From the NCBI GenBank assembly GCA_964016885.1, contig OZ024764.1:7998001-8062000 (forward strand): 64,000 nucleotides of DNA. Reading direction: 5' to 3'. The translations under genes and the position numbers were made by a program. Under the pieces are notes generated by a model. It saw only the letters and a program-made list of their open reading frames with translations. It was not told the origin of the DNA and searched no databases. Below, piece by piece: positions 1 to 13,489 of this stretch. The number at the start of each line of letters is the position of its first letter. Position 1 is the first letter of the stretch. The stretch comes from Eledone cirrhosa. Its lineage: Eukaryota.

Positions 1-218
1 TACATTTTGAATGCCTTTCTTACAGAGATATAGAAATAGCGCTAGATCAGGGCGTAATGTTATAGAGACGGAGAGACAGACACATTGAGTGTGGCAACAA
101 CTGCTTTCTCTTGCAGCTTACTCCAGGCAATACTGTAACCCAGTGGTGCCGAAACTTTTCCAAATTTTTTTGTCGGCGATCCCCTTACCATTTTTTGGAT
201 GCCTCGCGGCCCCCTATC

Positions 219-374
219 CAGAGTGGGATTTACGTATAAGCTAAACAAGCTATAGCTTAGGGCCCCCACTCAAAAAACAGCGACAATTTGTCGCTGACAT
301 AGGACATCTGGACATATAAAGGGCCCCATTATCTCAAATAGCTTAGAGCCTCATCAAATCTAAATCCGGCCCTG
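219..374. mobile_element. hAT-like MITE
   Basis: Imperfect TIRs cagagtgggatttac / taaatccggccctg; 8-bp direct repeat cccctatc on both sides (211-218, 375-382). Confidence 0.6.
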
Positions 375-383
375 CCCCTATCT

Positions 384-963
384 ATTATCTTGAACTTCCC
401 CGCGTGAAATAATAATTATTTTTTTTATGTAATTAAGTAAGAAAGATATTGATTAGATTTTAAATTATTTAATTTATTTTGATTTTTGTTAAATTTAATG
501 AATAATATCGTTGTTTTGATTTTCATAATTATTTGTTAGCATGGTTGGTCATCCGCGTGCTTGTACGTTTATTTGTGAAAACGTTGTACCAGCCTTACAG
601 CTGTGAGAAGTACAGATATCCTTATCCCTATCTATACGAGATACCAATGTGACAATGATGGTACTTGTGGACCAACGAGATGCAGCGACCCTTTTTACCC
701 ATCATTGCCCAGTACGTTCGTCCAGGTACTCGCATTTTAACCGATATCTGACAGTCATACAATGCACTCCCGCAACATGCAGTTGTAAACCATCATTACA
801 ACTTTATGAACCCAACGGCCCCACAATCCACACAAACCGTGTGGAAGGCAGCTGTATAATAGACACTTTGGAATATTATAATTTATGTTTCTTATTTACT
901 TTTCTTAAAATTATTTTTTTAAAAACGAAAAAATAATTTAATGCGGTGAAGTTCAAGATAACC
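384..963 (+). mobile_element. Merlin/IS1016 (ISXO2-like) DNA transposon deletion derivative
   Basis: TIRs tatcttgaacttccccgc / gcggtgaagttcaagata. Frameshifted transposase remnant VDQRDAATL-LPIIAQYVRPGTRILTD..Y..VVNH.YNF..IHTNRVEG at ~660-850. Confidence 0.7.
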
Positions 964-1122
964 CCCTATCATATTAAGGCAGCATTTCCAACATTTTTCA
1001 AAGACAAACTTTTATGAAATGCATGACAATTCTACTACGATCAAAATGTCCAAAACTGCTATCGTGTTCAATGTTTTCTAAAGAGGTTTTGCTAATAAAA
1101 GATATATAATATTTATACATAG

Positions 1123-1945
1123 TTTTTTTTTGTTTTTTTTCGAAACACTTTAGTCTTTATTGTGTTGTATCAGATGAAAGAATGGTATTTAACTAATGTA
1201 TTGGTACGCGATGGGGCCCACCCACAGCCCCGGCGGACAGAATGGAGAAGGCGTTTCCCCGGAGGACGCGCTGGAAAAGCCACTCTAACTCGCGGGGCTC
1301 ACACCTGCGGCTGGCCAGCTCAGCGCCTATGGTAGTGAGCAAGGAGGTAGCCCTGGGGCTGAGGACACCAGAAGTCTCCACTGCCAGGGGAACGACCGCA
1401 AACCTGCCGGAGAGCGACCGGTATTTGAGGAGTTTGGCCCCCTCAGCCCGACGTGCAGCAGAACCTGGGTCAGTCGCAGACTGCAGAAAGTGTTGGTGCA
1501 AGTGGCATCCCAGACGAGGGGTTTGCCACCGTGGAACAGGAAGATAGTCATGCCATCTGGCCTTTTGCCATCCCCTCGATCCAGCCCCACCGGCTCGAGC
1601 TGGGAAGGGAAGCCTGCAGCGTCCAAGCCATGCTTAATGACCCCGTTGAGGGCAGCATGGCGCGGAATGTGGCCGGCACTGTGGCGACAGGAAAGCGGGT
1701 GGAGGCCGAAAGAGTCCACGGTGGAACCGCAGCGACATTGGTGTGGCTGGCAGATCCGGAGGCCGAGCCTCAGGGAAACGGCGATTCGCAGTCTATGGTT
1801 GTCTAGCTGCGGGTCAGTGGAGAAGGAGGGCAGGGTATGGAGCCAGGCACCACTGTGGGGTTTGGAGGCCGCACGAAAACAAGCAAGGCGGTGCTGGCGC
1901 GTTAGCCTGTCTGAGGCCAGGCTGCACTGGATGGCATCCCAAGTG
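1123..1945 (-). mobile_element. 3' fragment of a CRE-like non-LTR retrotransposon with restriction-like endonuclease
   Basis: Zn-knuckle-like D.FG.H.LSC..RH, then EPVGLDRGDGKRPDG..LVWDATC, K..KY..L and PLAVETSG; frameshifted. AATAAA and A-rich tail on the minus strand at ~1123-1161. Confidence 0.75.
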
Positions 1946-2019
1946 CGTTGGGGGGGGGGGGGGGGGGCTTGACATCAACAGGGGGAGGAGGAGGGGCGTC
2001 TACTGGGCTGAATAATAAT

Positions 2020-2130
2020 AATGATTGTTTCTACGTTTGGCACAAGGCCAACAATTATTCCTGTGTATTACTGGTACTTTATTTTATCGACCCCGTAAGG
2101 ATGAAAGGCAAAGTTAACCTCTGCGGGATT
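2020..2130 (-). mobile_element. tRNA-derived SINE family A, 3' part
   Basis: Matches the body ggttaactttgcctttcatccttacggggtcgataaaataaagtaccag that recurs many times in the window. Confidence 0.75.
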
Positions 2131-3680
2131 ACAGTGCTCAGGTGCACTACAACACATCAAAGGTGCATGTATAGTACATAGAATAATGGACAAATGTCAG
2201 GAAAGTGAATAGTGAATGAGTCATGATATACATGTGTGTGTGTGTATGGAGGGGGAACATTAGGTATAGTGTTGGAGAATTTCAGGAAGCATGGAGGTTT
2301 TAAAGGGTGCAGTGTCTCGACAGCTAACAACTGATGCTGGTAGTTTGTTCCATGGAGGTTTTAAAGGATGCAGTGTCTTGACAGCTAACAACTGATGCAG
2401 GTAGTTTGTTCCATGGAGGTTTTAAAGGATGCAGTGTCTCGACAGCTAACAACTGATGCAGGTAGTTTGTTCCATGGAGGTTTTAAAGGATGCAGTGTCT
2501 CGACAGCTAACAACTGTTGTAGGTAGTTTGTTCCATGGAGGTTTTAAAGGATGCAGTGTCTCCACAGCTAACAACAGATGCAGGTAGTTTGTTCCATGGA
2601 GGTTTTAAAGGATGCAGTGTCTCGACACCTAACAACTGATGCAGGTAGTTTGTTCCATGGAGGTTTTAAAGGATGCAGTGTCTCGACAGCTAACAACTGA
2701 TGCAGGTAGTTTGTTCCATGGAGGGTTTAAAGGATGTAGTGTCTCGACAGCTAACAACTGATGCAGGTAGTTTGTTCCATGGAGGGTTTAAAGGATGTAG
2801 TGTCTTGGCAGCTAACAACTGATGTAGGGAGTTTGTTCCATGGAGGTTTTAAAGGATGTAGTGTCTCGACAGCTAACAACTGATGCAGGTAGTTTGTTCC
2901 ATGGAGGGTTTAAAGGATGTAGTGTCTCGACAGCTAACAACTGATGCAGGTAGTTTGTTCCATGGAGGTTTTAAAGGATGCAGTGTCTCGACAGCTAACA
3001 ACAGATGCAGGGAGTTTGTTCCATGGAGGTTTTAAAGGATGCAGTGTCTCGACAGCTAACAACTGATGCAGGTAGTTTGTTCCATGGAGGTTTTAAAGGA
3101 TGCAGTGTCTCGACAGCTAACAACTGATGCCGGTAGTTTGTTCCATGGAGGTTTTAAAGGATGCAGTGTCTCGGCAGCTAACAACTGATGCAGGTAGTTT
3201 GTTCCATGGAGGTTTTAAAGGATGTAGTGTCTCGACAACTAACTATTGATCTAGGTAGTTTATTCCATGCTTCAGCAACTCTGAGCAACAACTTCAAAAG
3301 TCATGGGAGCTGTGCTGTTTTCTGACTTTGTAGGCATGTCCTCATATGTTAGACACATGGAATTCAAAAAGGTACTCAGGGTTGTTGTTGACAAGATGGT
3401 TAATAATTTTGTGGGTGTCTACCAAGTCAGTTGCCAGACATCGGAGCTTCAATGTATCCATGCCCAGGGAAGCAAGGTGTTCAGAGTATGGTAGATGCCT
3501 GATGGAGGGTATTCGCTTGGTTGCATGTCCCTGAACAGTTTCCAGGAGGTCAATATTCTGAACAAGATAAGGGTTCCAGACTGGTGATGCAAACTCCTAG
3601 TGTGGCCACACCATAGCTATATACAGCTTTAAATAGATAGCTGGAGAGCGGCTGACAAAGGTCTTGCTGAGTGATGCAAG
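2131..3680 (-). mobile_element. CR1/L2-type LINE 3' fragment with internal tandem amplification
   Basis: Degenerate RT C-terminal region ending RVAEAWNKLP..VVSCRDTASFKTSMLPE, plus 3' UTR; homologous copy at 61493-62305. Confidence 0.7.
2290..3268. repeat. 61-bp tandem repeat, ~16 copies
   Basis: Unit catggaggttttaaaggatgcagtgtctcgacagctaacaactgatgcaggtagtttgttc; period 61 (2290, 2351...). Confidence 0.95.
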
Positions 3681-3875
3681 GTGTATGGCTTAATGGTTAG
3701 AGCATTGGGCTTGCAATCGGGAAGTTGTGAGTTCGATTCTCGGACCGGGTGATGTGTTGTCCTTCAGCAAGACACTTTATTTCATGTTGCTCCAGTTTAC
3801 TCAGCTCTGGAAATGAGCTGTGACGTTACTGGTGCCAAACTCTATCGGCCTTTGCCTTTCTCTTGGACAACATCA
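3680..3875 (+). mobile_element. tRNA-derived SINE family B
   Basis: A box tggcttaatgg, B box gagttcgattc, body ..gcaagacactttatttcatgttgctccag. Confidence 0.75.
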
Positions 3876-3896
3876 TATATAGTGTATATATAGTGT

Positions 3897-4015
3897 ATGT
3901 ACAGAAGACGGTCTGATCGAACCTATATATGGGGTCTGAGAGTATACAGTTATATAACTGCTATAGATCAGACAATATGTCAATATGATCAACCTTCTGA
4001 AACGATCGTAAAACA
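3897..4015 (+). ncRNA. degenerate hammerhead-like motif (Penelope-type)
   Basis: cAGAAGA (mutated core) ... GAAA cgatcg TA; stem I poorly paired; same GAAAcgatcg as the 14151 motif. Confidence 0.35.
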
Positions 4016-4267
4016 ATGATATGAATAGGTAAAATAACCTGACTTTGTTGTTATTATTGTCATTGTTAAACTAATACCTTATATATATAAGGTTTCTCCC
4101 CAAAATATATGCACACTTCAACAGCATTCTAATCAAAGTATGTATACATTTTTTGGGACACACTGTATATGTATATGGAGGTGTGTGTTGTGTTCTAGTG
4201 CAAAATACCACACGTGTGTGTGTGTGTAGAGGCGTCTAACCTGGTGTTAGGATGTTGGACTTACTAA

Positions 4268-4940
4268 TAAACCTCCTATAAGAGGCCAGCTAAACCTACA
4301 TAGGTGTGAACTGTCACAACATGATAGGACTGGGGTCCCTATCATTAAAACACCTGAGAAATCTCCTATGAGATATAACCTTACAGGAGGCCAGCTAAAC
4401 ATACACAGGTGTGATCTACATGATGGACTTGGGGTTCCCTTTCATTAAAATACTCAAAAAATCCTCCTATGAGATACAACCTTGTAGGAGGCCAGCTAAA
4501 CCTACACAGGTGTGATCTACAACATGATAGGACTGGGGTCCCCTATCATTAAAGCACCCAAGAAACCTCCTATGAGATACAACCTTGTAGGAGGCCAGCT
4601 AAACCTACACAGGTGTGATCTACAACATGATAGGACTGGGGTCCCCTATCATTAAAACACCCAAGAAACCTCCTATGAGATACAACCTTGTAGGAGGCCA
4701 GCTAAACCTACATAGGTGTGAGCTGTAACAATATGATAGGACTGGGGTCTCTATCATTAAAACACCCAAGAAACCTCCTATGAGATACAACCTTGTAGGA
4801 GGCCAGCTAAACCTACATAGGTGTGAGCTGTAACAACATGATAGGACTGGGGTCCCTATCATTAAAACACCAGAGAAACTTCCTTTGAGATATAACCTTG
4901 TAGGAGTCCAGTTAAACCTTCATAGGTGTGAGCTGTAATA
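4268..4940. repeat. ~120-bp tandem repeat, ~6 copies
   Basis: Unit includes aacctcctatgagatacaaccttgtaggaggccagctaaacctacataggtgtgagctgtaac; related to the arrays at 18530 and 39205. Confidence 0.85.
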
Positions 4941-5203
4941 TAATACTTCTAGATCAGCTAAACAACAGCACCTGCTGCCATAACAGCAGCCAAATCCACC
5001 TCAAGAATAAACAACACCATAATCTGCTATAATCCTTTTGTTCAAGGATCTACTCAGTCAGGGTCCGACCTAGGGTTAAATAACAACAACACAAGTAAAT
5101 GCATAAATCATTTATATATACATATATATATATTATATAAAATGTTGGTTTTATACACAAATATATACAGTTTAACAAACATAAATACAAGCAGTAGTTA
5201 ATA

Positions 5204-5204
<1 letters not shown>

Positions 5205-5247
<43 letters not shown>

Positions 5248-5773
5248 GATATCTCTCTCTCTCTCTATATATATATACATACATATATACATAGATATCT
5301 CTCTCTCTCTATATATATATACATACATATCTATATATATATATATAAATATCTCTCTCTCTATATATATACATAGATATCTATATATATATATATAAAT
5401 ATCTCTCTCTCTATATATATACATAGATATCTATATATATATATATATATCTATCTTTATATATATATATACATAGATATATATATATATAAATATCTAT
5501 CTTTATATATATATATACATAGATATCTATATATATAAATATCTCTCTTTATATATATATACATAGATATCTATATATATATATATACATACATCTCTCT
5601 CTCGCTATATATATACATATCTATATCTATATATATAGATATGTATATATCTATAGGACTTATATGTGATGTGTGGGTGTATAAATATATGTATATCTAT
5701 AGATATGTATATATGTGTGTGTATATACATATAGAGAGAGAGATATGTATGTATATATATAGATATTTATGTG

Positions 5774-5804
<31 letters not shown>

Positions 5805-5825
5805 ATATCTATATATATATACACA
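5205..5825. repeat. (TA)n/(TC)n compound microsatellite
   Basis: Directly visible. Confidence 0.9.
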
Positions 5826-6006
5826 CCACACAAGTCCTAATTGAGACACAATGCCAGCAATTTGTGAGGAGGTAAAAGTTGAGTATACCCCCTCCCCCAT
5901 AACATGGTTGGTAGTTCAATAATAACAATAACAACAACAATAATACATAGGATAAATATATATATATATAGTATGTAATGTATATATATATATATATATA
6001 TATTCT

Positions 6007-6270
6007 CTAGGGCGGGTAAAATTCCCGAGATCCATGGACAAGTTCTCTCCAGTGGTCTCTGTCCCTCATTATCGGTGCCATGTCCTGCGTCTCCAACAGA
6101 CCAGTGTCTGTCCTGAGGGCATCAACATACGTTAACCTTGGTCTTCCTCTTCCAGTGTGTCCATGTAGGGGCTCCCAAAGGAGCACTGAGTGCAGTGTCA
6201 ACTCTGGATGTCGGTGAGCATGTCCAGCTAACCTCAGTCTCCTCTGTGTCACTTTTGAGCTGACTTTTAT
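6007..6270 (-). mobile_element. RTE-clade LINE 3' fragment
   Basis: VTQRRLRLAGHAHRHPEL..LLWEPLHG..GRGRPRLTYVDAL motif; flanked by TA-rich repeats. Confidence 0.8.
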
Positions 6271-6989
6271 AGCATATAATGTATATATATATATATATAT
6301 AGTATATATATATATATATATAGTATATAATGTATATATATATAGTATATAATGTATATATATAATGTATATATATATAGTATATAATGTATATATATAT
6401 AGTATATAATGTATATATATATAGTATATAATGTATATATATATATATATAATGTATATATATATATAATGTATATATATATATATATAATGTATATATA
6501 TATATATATAATTTATATATATACAGTATATAATGTATATATATATAGTATATAATGTATATATATATAGTATATAATGTATATATATATAGTATATAAT
6601 ATATATATATAGTATATAATATATATATATATAGTATATAATGTATATATATATATAGTATATAATGTATATATATATATAGTATATAATGTATATATAT
6701 ATATAGTATATAATGTATATATATATATAGTATATAATGTATATATATATATAGTATATAATGTATATATATATATATAGTATATAATGTATATATATAT
6801 AGTATATAATGTATATATATAGTATATAATGTATATATATAGTATATAATGTGTATATATATAGTATATAATGTATATATATATAGTATATAATGTATAT
6901 ATATATATAGTATATAATGTATATATATATATAGTATATAATGTATATATATATATAGTATATAATGTATATATATATAGTATATAATG

Positions 6990-7020
<31 letters not shown>

Positions 7021-7984
7021 GAGCTGTGATGTCACTGGTGCCAAGCAGTATTCGTCTTTGCCTTGAATAACATCATATATAGTATATATATACTGTATAC
7101 AATGTAAATATATATATATATGTGACATATATATACTGTACATAAAATATATATATACTGTATACAATGTAAATATATATATATGTGACATATATATACT
7201 GTATACAATGTAAATATATATATATGTGACATATATATACTGTATACAATGTAAATATATATATATGTGACATATATATATTGTACATAAAATATATATA
7301 TACTGTATACAATGTAAATATATATATATGTGACATATATATTGTACATAAAATATATATATACTGTATACAATGTAAATATATATATATGTGACATATA
7401 TATACTGTATACAATGTAAATATATATATATATATGTGACATATATATACTGTATACAATGTAAATATATATATATGTGACATATATATATACTGTACAT
7501 AAAATATATATATACTGTATACAATGTAAATATATATATATATGTGACATATATATATACTGTACATAAAATATATATATACTGTATACAATGTAAATAT
7601 ATATATATGTGACATATATATACTGTACATAAAATATATATATACTGTATACAATGTAAATATATATATATATGTGACATATATATATACTGTACATAAA
7701 ATATATATATATATATGACATATATATACTGTACATAAAATATATATATATACTGTATACAAAGTAAATATATATATATATGACATATATATACTGTATA
7801 CAATGTAAATATATATATATATATATGACATATATATACTGTATACAATGTAAATATATATATATATATATGATATATATATATACTGTACATAAAATAT
7901 ATATATACTGTATACAATGTAAATATATATATATATGTGCCATATATATACTGTACATAAAATATATATATATAGTATACAATG

Positions 7985-8023
<39 letters not shown>

Positions 8024-8092
8024 ATAATAATAAAATTGAAGACTAAAATCCAAAGCAGCGATTCTTTGCTTAAACTTTAATCTGTTATTTTA

Positions 8093-8124
<32 letters not shown>

Positions 8125-9609
8125 GACATATATATATACTGTACATAAAATATATATATATAGTATACAATGTAAATATATGTATATATATATATATATA
8201 TGACATATATATATACTGTACATAAAATATATATATACTGTATACAATGTAAATATATATATATATGTGCCATATATATACTGTACATAAAATATATATA
8301 TATAGTATACAATGTAAATATATATATATATGCCGTCCAAACCCATGCAAGCGTGGAACACGGACGCTAAACCTGATGATGATGATGATGATGTGACATA
8401 TATATATACTGTACATAAAATATATATATATAGTATACAATGTAAATATATGTATATATATATATATATACTGTACATAAAATATATATATATATAGTAT
8501 ACAATGTAAATATATATATATATATATATATGATATTAAATAAATGGAAACTATATTTATAAAACCATATTTATTTCGTTATATATATTTCAGGGATATC
8601 ATATTAACAATATGTTATGCCTTCTTCAGACAAAATACAATATAAACAGTCTTATAAATAAATAGATACGACATACCTTTCAATCACCTTGCATTTGGGA
8701 GGTTGATTTGGCAGTAAAAAATATTGTGGACAGTTGTAGAGAGAAAGAGAGAAAGAAAGAGAAACGAAGAAAAAGAAGAAATGCATGTGAAATTATAAAT
8801 ATAGTTTCCATTTATTTAATATCATAAATATACTCCAAATACTTGTTGAGTGCTTTTATATCAGTTATAAATATTTACTCGTTAACCCAACAATTTAAAT
8901 ATAACTTTCCATATATATATATATATATATATATATATGACATATATATACTGTACATAAAATATATATATATAGTATACAATGTAAATATATGTATATA
9001 TATATATATATATATATGACATATATATATACTGTACATAAAATATATATATATAGTATACAATGTAAATATATGTATATATATATATATATATGACATA
9101 TATATATACTGTACATAAAATATATATATATAGTATACAATGTAAATATATGTATATATATATATATATATGACATATATATATACTGTACATAAAATAT
9201 ATATATATAGTATACAATGTAAATATATATATATATATATGACATATATATATACTGTACATAAAATATATATATATATAGTATACAATGTAAATATATG
9301 TATATATATATATATATATGACATATATATATACTGTACATAAAATATATATATATAGTATACAATGTAAATATATGTATATATATATATATATATATGA
9401 CATATATATATACTGTACATAAAATATATATATATATATATATAGTATACAATGTAAATATATGTATATATATATATATATATGACATATATATATACTG
9501 TACATAAAATATATATATATAGTATACAATGTAAATATATGTATATATATATATATATATATGACATATATATATACTGTACATAAAATATATATATATA
9601 GTATACAAT

Positions 9610-9640
<31 letters not shown>

Positions 9641-9916
9641 ACATATATATATCCTGTACATAAAATATATATATATAGTATACAATGTAAATATATGTAT
9701 ATATATATATATATATATGACATATATATATACTGTACATAAAATATATATATATATATATAGTATACAATGTAAATATATGTATATATATATATATATA
9801 TAGTATACAATGTAAATATATGTATATATATCTATATATATGACATATATATATACTGTACATAAAATATATATATATAGTATACAATGTAAATATATAT
9901 ATATATATATATATAT

Positions 9917-9953
<37 letters not shown>

Positions 9954-9999
9954 CATATATATACTGTACATAAAATATATATATATATAGTATACAATG

Positions 10000-10033
<34 letters not shown>

Positions 10034-10071
10034 ACATATATATATATATTTTATGTACAGTATATATATGT

Positions 10072-10105
<34 letters not shown>

Positions 10106-10151
10106 CATTGTATACTATATATATATATATTTTATGTACAGTATATATATG

Positions 10152-10198
<47 letters not shown>

Positions 10199-11114
10199 CA
10201 TTGTACACTATATATATATATTTTATGTACAGTATATATATATGTCATATATATATATATATATTTACATTGTATACTATATATATATATTTTATGTACA
10301 GTATATATATATGTCATATATATATATATATATACATATATTTACATTGTATACTATATATATATATATATATTTTATGTACAGTATATATAGTATACAA
10401 TGTAAATATATGTATATATATATATATATATGACATATATATATACTGTACATAAAATATATATATATAGTGTATATATGTAAATATATGTATATATATA
10501 TATATATATATGACATATATATATACTGTACATAAAATATATATATATAGTATACAATGTAAATATATGTATATATATATATATATATATGACATATATA
10601 TATACTGTACATAAAATATATATATATATATATAGTATACAATGTAAATATATGTATATATATATATATATATGACATATATATATACTGTACATAAAAT
10701 ATATATATATAGTATACAATGTAAATATATGTATATATATATATATATATGACATATATATATACTGTACATAAAATATATATATATAGTATACAATGTA
10801 AATATATATATATATATATATATATGACATATATATATATACTGTACATAGAATATATATATATAGTATACAATGTAAATATATGTATATATATATATAT
10901 ATGACATATATATATACTGTACATAAAATATATATATATAGTATACAATGTAAATATATGTATATATATATATATATATATATGACATATATATATACTG
11001 TACATAAAATATATATATATAGTATACAATGTAAATATATGTATATATATATATATATATATATGACATATATATATACTGTACATAAAATATATATATA
11101 TAGTGTATATATGT
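6271..11114. repeat. AT-rich minisatellite/microsatellite block with small inserted elements and one inverted segment
   Basis: Units tagtatataatgtata.. and tactgtacataaaa(ta)n gtatacaatgtaaa(ta)n tgaca; orientation flips at ~10045-10390. Confidence 0.9.
8572..8637 (-). ncRNA. type I hammerhead ribozyme motif
   Basis: Minus strand: tattttgt-CTGAAGA-aggcataacatatt gtt aatatgatatccct-GAAA-tatata-TA-acgaaata. Stems I and II pair; minimal palindromic stem III. Confidence 0.8.
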
Positions 11115-11260
11115 AAGGGGTCAAGACCACCTTTGGTCATGAATCAGTATAGGATTTGCACCTAGAAAGTTCGCCCTCCTCGGCACAAGCCTGGACAAGG
11201 TTGTTTGTGGCAGACCTGTCTCCCCACTCCACGCCACCGATGTTGTCCATGGTAACTCAT
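11115..11260. repeat. interspersed repeat fragment, probably SINE-derived
   Basis: GC-richer island (ggggtcaagaccacctttggtcatg..gcacctagaaagtt) recalled as a cephalopod repeat; no second copy in the window. Confidence 0.3.
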
Positions 11261-11469
11261 TGGTCCGGCAAACCAAAGATGTGGGTATCATCATGCCCCA
11301 CGTATGTCAATGCTCATCCCCTTTTTCCTATTGAGGATTTAAAAAAAAAAAAATGCCAACTAAAAGACAAATACGCCATAAGCACTATTTACTAGCTGTT
11401 TTTTCAAATCTTTGCTGTTTATAAACAAAGCCTACTTTGTAGTGTTCTATATCTATCTATCTATCTATC

Positions 11470-12120
11470 TCAAGATGTGCGCAGGACATTGAAACAGTTC
11501 TGCACGCAATTGTACACTGCCGGGGCGTAAGCGACCTGTGGAACTATGCAGAACAACTGCTGTCGCGTATGGGACAAATACAGTTGACTGCCGAGTCCAT
11601 AGTAAGGATCAAACCGCCAGACTCTTTCAAAAACGAAAGAGAGGCGGTTTTCCTCTGTACGGTGGCTATGGTGAAAGAAGTTATATGGTGGACGAGGTTG
11701 AGAGGACTGAGGACAGATGCCTTTCTCTCCGGACAACAATTGATTCCCTTCTTTAAGTATCACTTTAGAAGGAGAATCAGGGTGGAGAGAGAGGCACTGC
11801 ACCCCAGTAAATTTACTGAAAGGTGGGTGAATGAAGCGAAAATGGCCCGAGTGATTGGGCCTTCTCTGTTTATAAGCCTGTAGGTTGAGGAAGAGAGCAA
11901 AAGGAAGAAAGGAGCACTTGCACAACACGCTCCTGGAGTTGAGGGTTGTTCTATCGACGGGGTATTAAACAACCCATTTGTGGCGCCTCCCCCCTATTGG
12001 GGATTTCGATTGTTGAAATTGTTTGTTTTTATATTTTTTACACGACTGTATGTAAAATCCCCGGCATGTCTTTGTATTGTCCCCTTTTCTTGTTGCGCCC
12101 TTGTGGCTAATAAAGAAATC
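11470..12120 (+). mobile_element. L1/Tx1-type LINE 3' end (ORF2 CCHC region + 3' UTR)
   Basis: RCAQDIETVLHAIVHC..LW...KEVIWWTR; stop at 11883; aataaa at ~12109; (CTAT)n on both sides. Confidence 0.75.
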
Positions 12121-12134
12121 TATCTATATATATG

Positions 12135-12370
12135 AGGAAAAGGAGGAGGAGAGGAAAGGAGTACAAGCTCTTCGTACTCCTGGAGATGAGGGTTGCACAT
12201 TTTTTTTCGGGGGTATGTGTTACCCATATAAACTGTCTCCCTCTATTGGGGAAAATCGACTAACTTTTAAATTCCATCTGTGATAACATTTTACACGTTT
12301 TTATTGTATGTAAACTTCCCCCTTTGTATTTGTCCCCTTCTTTTGTGCCCCTGTGGCTAATAAAGAAATA
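12135..12370 (+). mobile_element. second, diverged 3' UTR of the same Tx1-like family
   Basis: ctcctggag..gagggttg..ccctattggg..gtggctaataaagaaat repeats 11930-12119. Confidence 0.7.
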
Positions 12371-12430
<60 letters not shown>

Positions 12431-12554
12431 CATCATCATCGTTTAATGTCTATCTTCCATGCTAGCATGGGTTAGACGGGAGTTGTCCAACTTGAGGCAA
12501 GATTGGTCGGGTGACCATGTCTCGCTCATATAGGACTATATATATATATATATA

Positions 12555-12752
12555 GGAACGAGTAGGACCCCGACGGCTGAGCTCAAGCCGTTTCGACGGC
12601 TAATTCTGGACTCAGAGTCCAGAATTAGCCGTCGAAACGGCTTGAGCTCAGCCGACGGGTTCCTACTCGTTCCTATTACCCACTCTACTACCCTAAGTAT
12701 TGAGTACTTTGGTGCGTTATGGTCCACCTGGTTCCTTACCACATTTCCTTCG

Positions 12753-12753
<1 letters not shown>
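12555..12753. mobile_element. fold-back short element in (TA)n carrying the 3' half of a hammerhead
   Basis: Near-perfect ~120-bp palindrome at 12555-12674 containing GAAA-cggct..agccg-TC-gggg; related copy at 15641-15791. Confidence 0.6.
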
Positions 12754-12823
<70 letters not shown>

Positions 12824-12864
12824 CGAAACATAAGCCAATTGCATGAACTCATAATCCTTTATTT

Positions 12865-12920
12865 ACTGCTATATATATTTCGATGATAGCCATTGAATGG
12901 CTATGACCTCATCAGGCAGT
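12865..12920 (-). ncRNA. type I hammerhead ribozyme motif
   Basis: Minus strand: actgc-CTGATGA-ggtcatagcca ttcaa tggctatcatc-GAAA-tatata-TA-gcagt. Intact core, perfect stem I. Confidence 0.85.
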
Positions 12921-13061
12921 TAGTCAGTTCTTAGATATGCCAGCTCTGTGTTTATAGTGTTGATGGTATAAGAGCCTTATATATATATATATATATATAT
13001 ATAAGGCTCTGATACCATCAACACTATAAACACAGAGCTGGTATCTCTAAGAACTGACTAA
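12920..13061. repeat. inverted repeat (~58-bp arms) around (TA)n
   Basis: tagtcagttcttaga..agagcctta (ta)n taaggctctga..tctaagaactgacta. Confidence 0.85.
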
Positions 13062-13133
13062 ATTAACGGAGCCATAGACTCTCGCTATTCCCTGTCAATA
13101 ATGTGCTCAAAGGAAAAGGAATCCTGACCTCTT

Positions 13134-13489
13134 TAAAATACAATATATTGAAAAGGTAACACACTAGAGATACAGATAGTGCGCCATCAATAAAACAGGG
13201 AAAACCACCAGTGTATGGAATCTATAACCTATGAAAGGCAGGGTAGACACACGATAATTAAAAATATAAATTTATGTGTATATACATACCTCCATAAATT
13301 AAAGTGTAAATACACACCTCTATAACTATAGTTATAGAGCTATGTATATACACTTTAATTTATATTTTTAATTATCGTGTGTCTACCCTGCCTTTCATAG
13401 GTTACAGATTCCATACACTGGTGGTTTTTCCCTGTTTTATTGAGGGCGCACTATCTGTATCTCTAGTGTGTTACCTTTTCAACATATTG

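Noticed and set aside
5050-11140. Long Y/I-rich ORFs
   Set aside because: Translations of (TA)n-based repeats; only 6007-6270 is real (RTE fragment).
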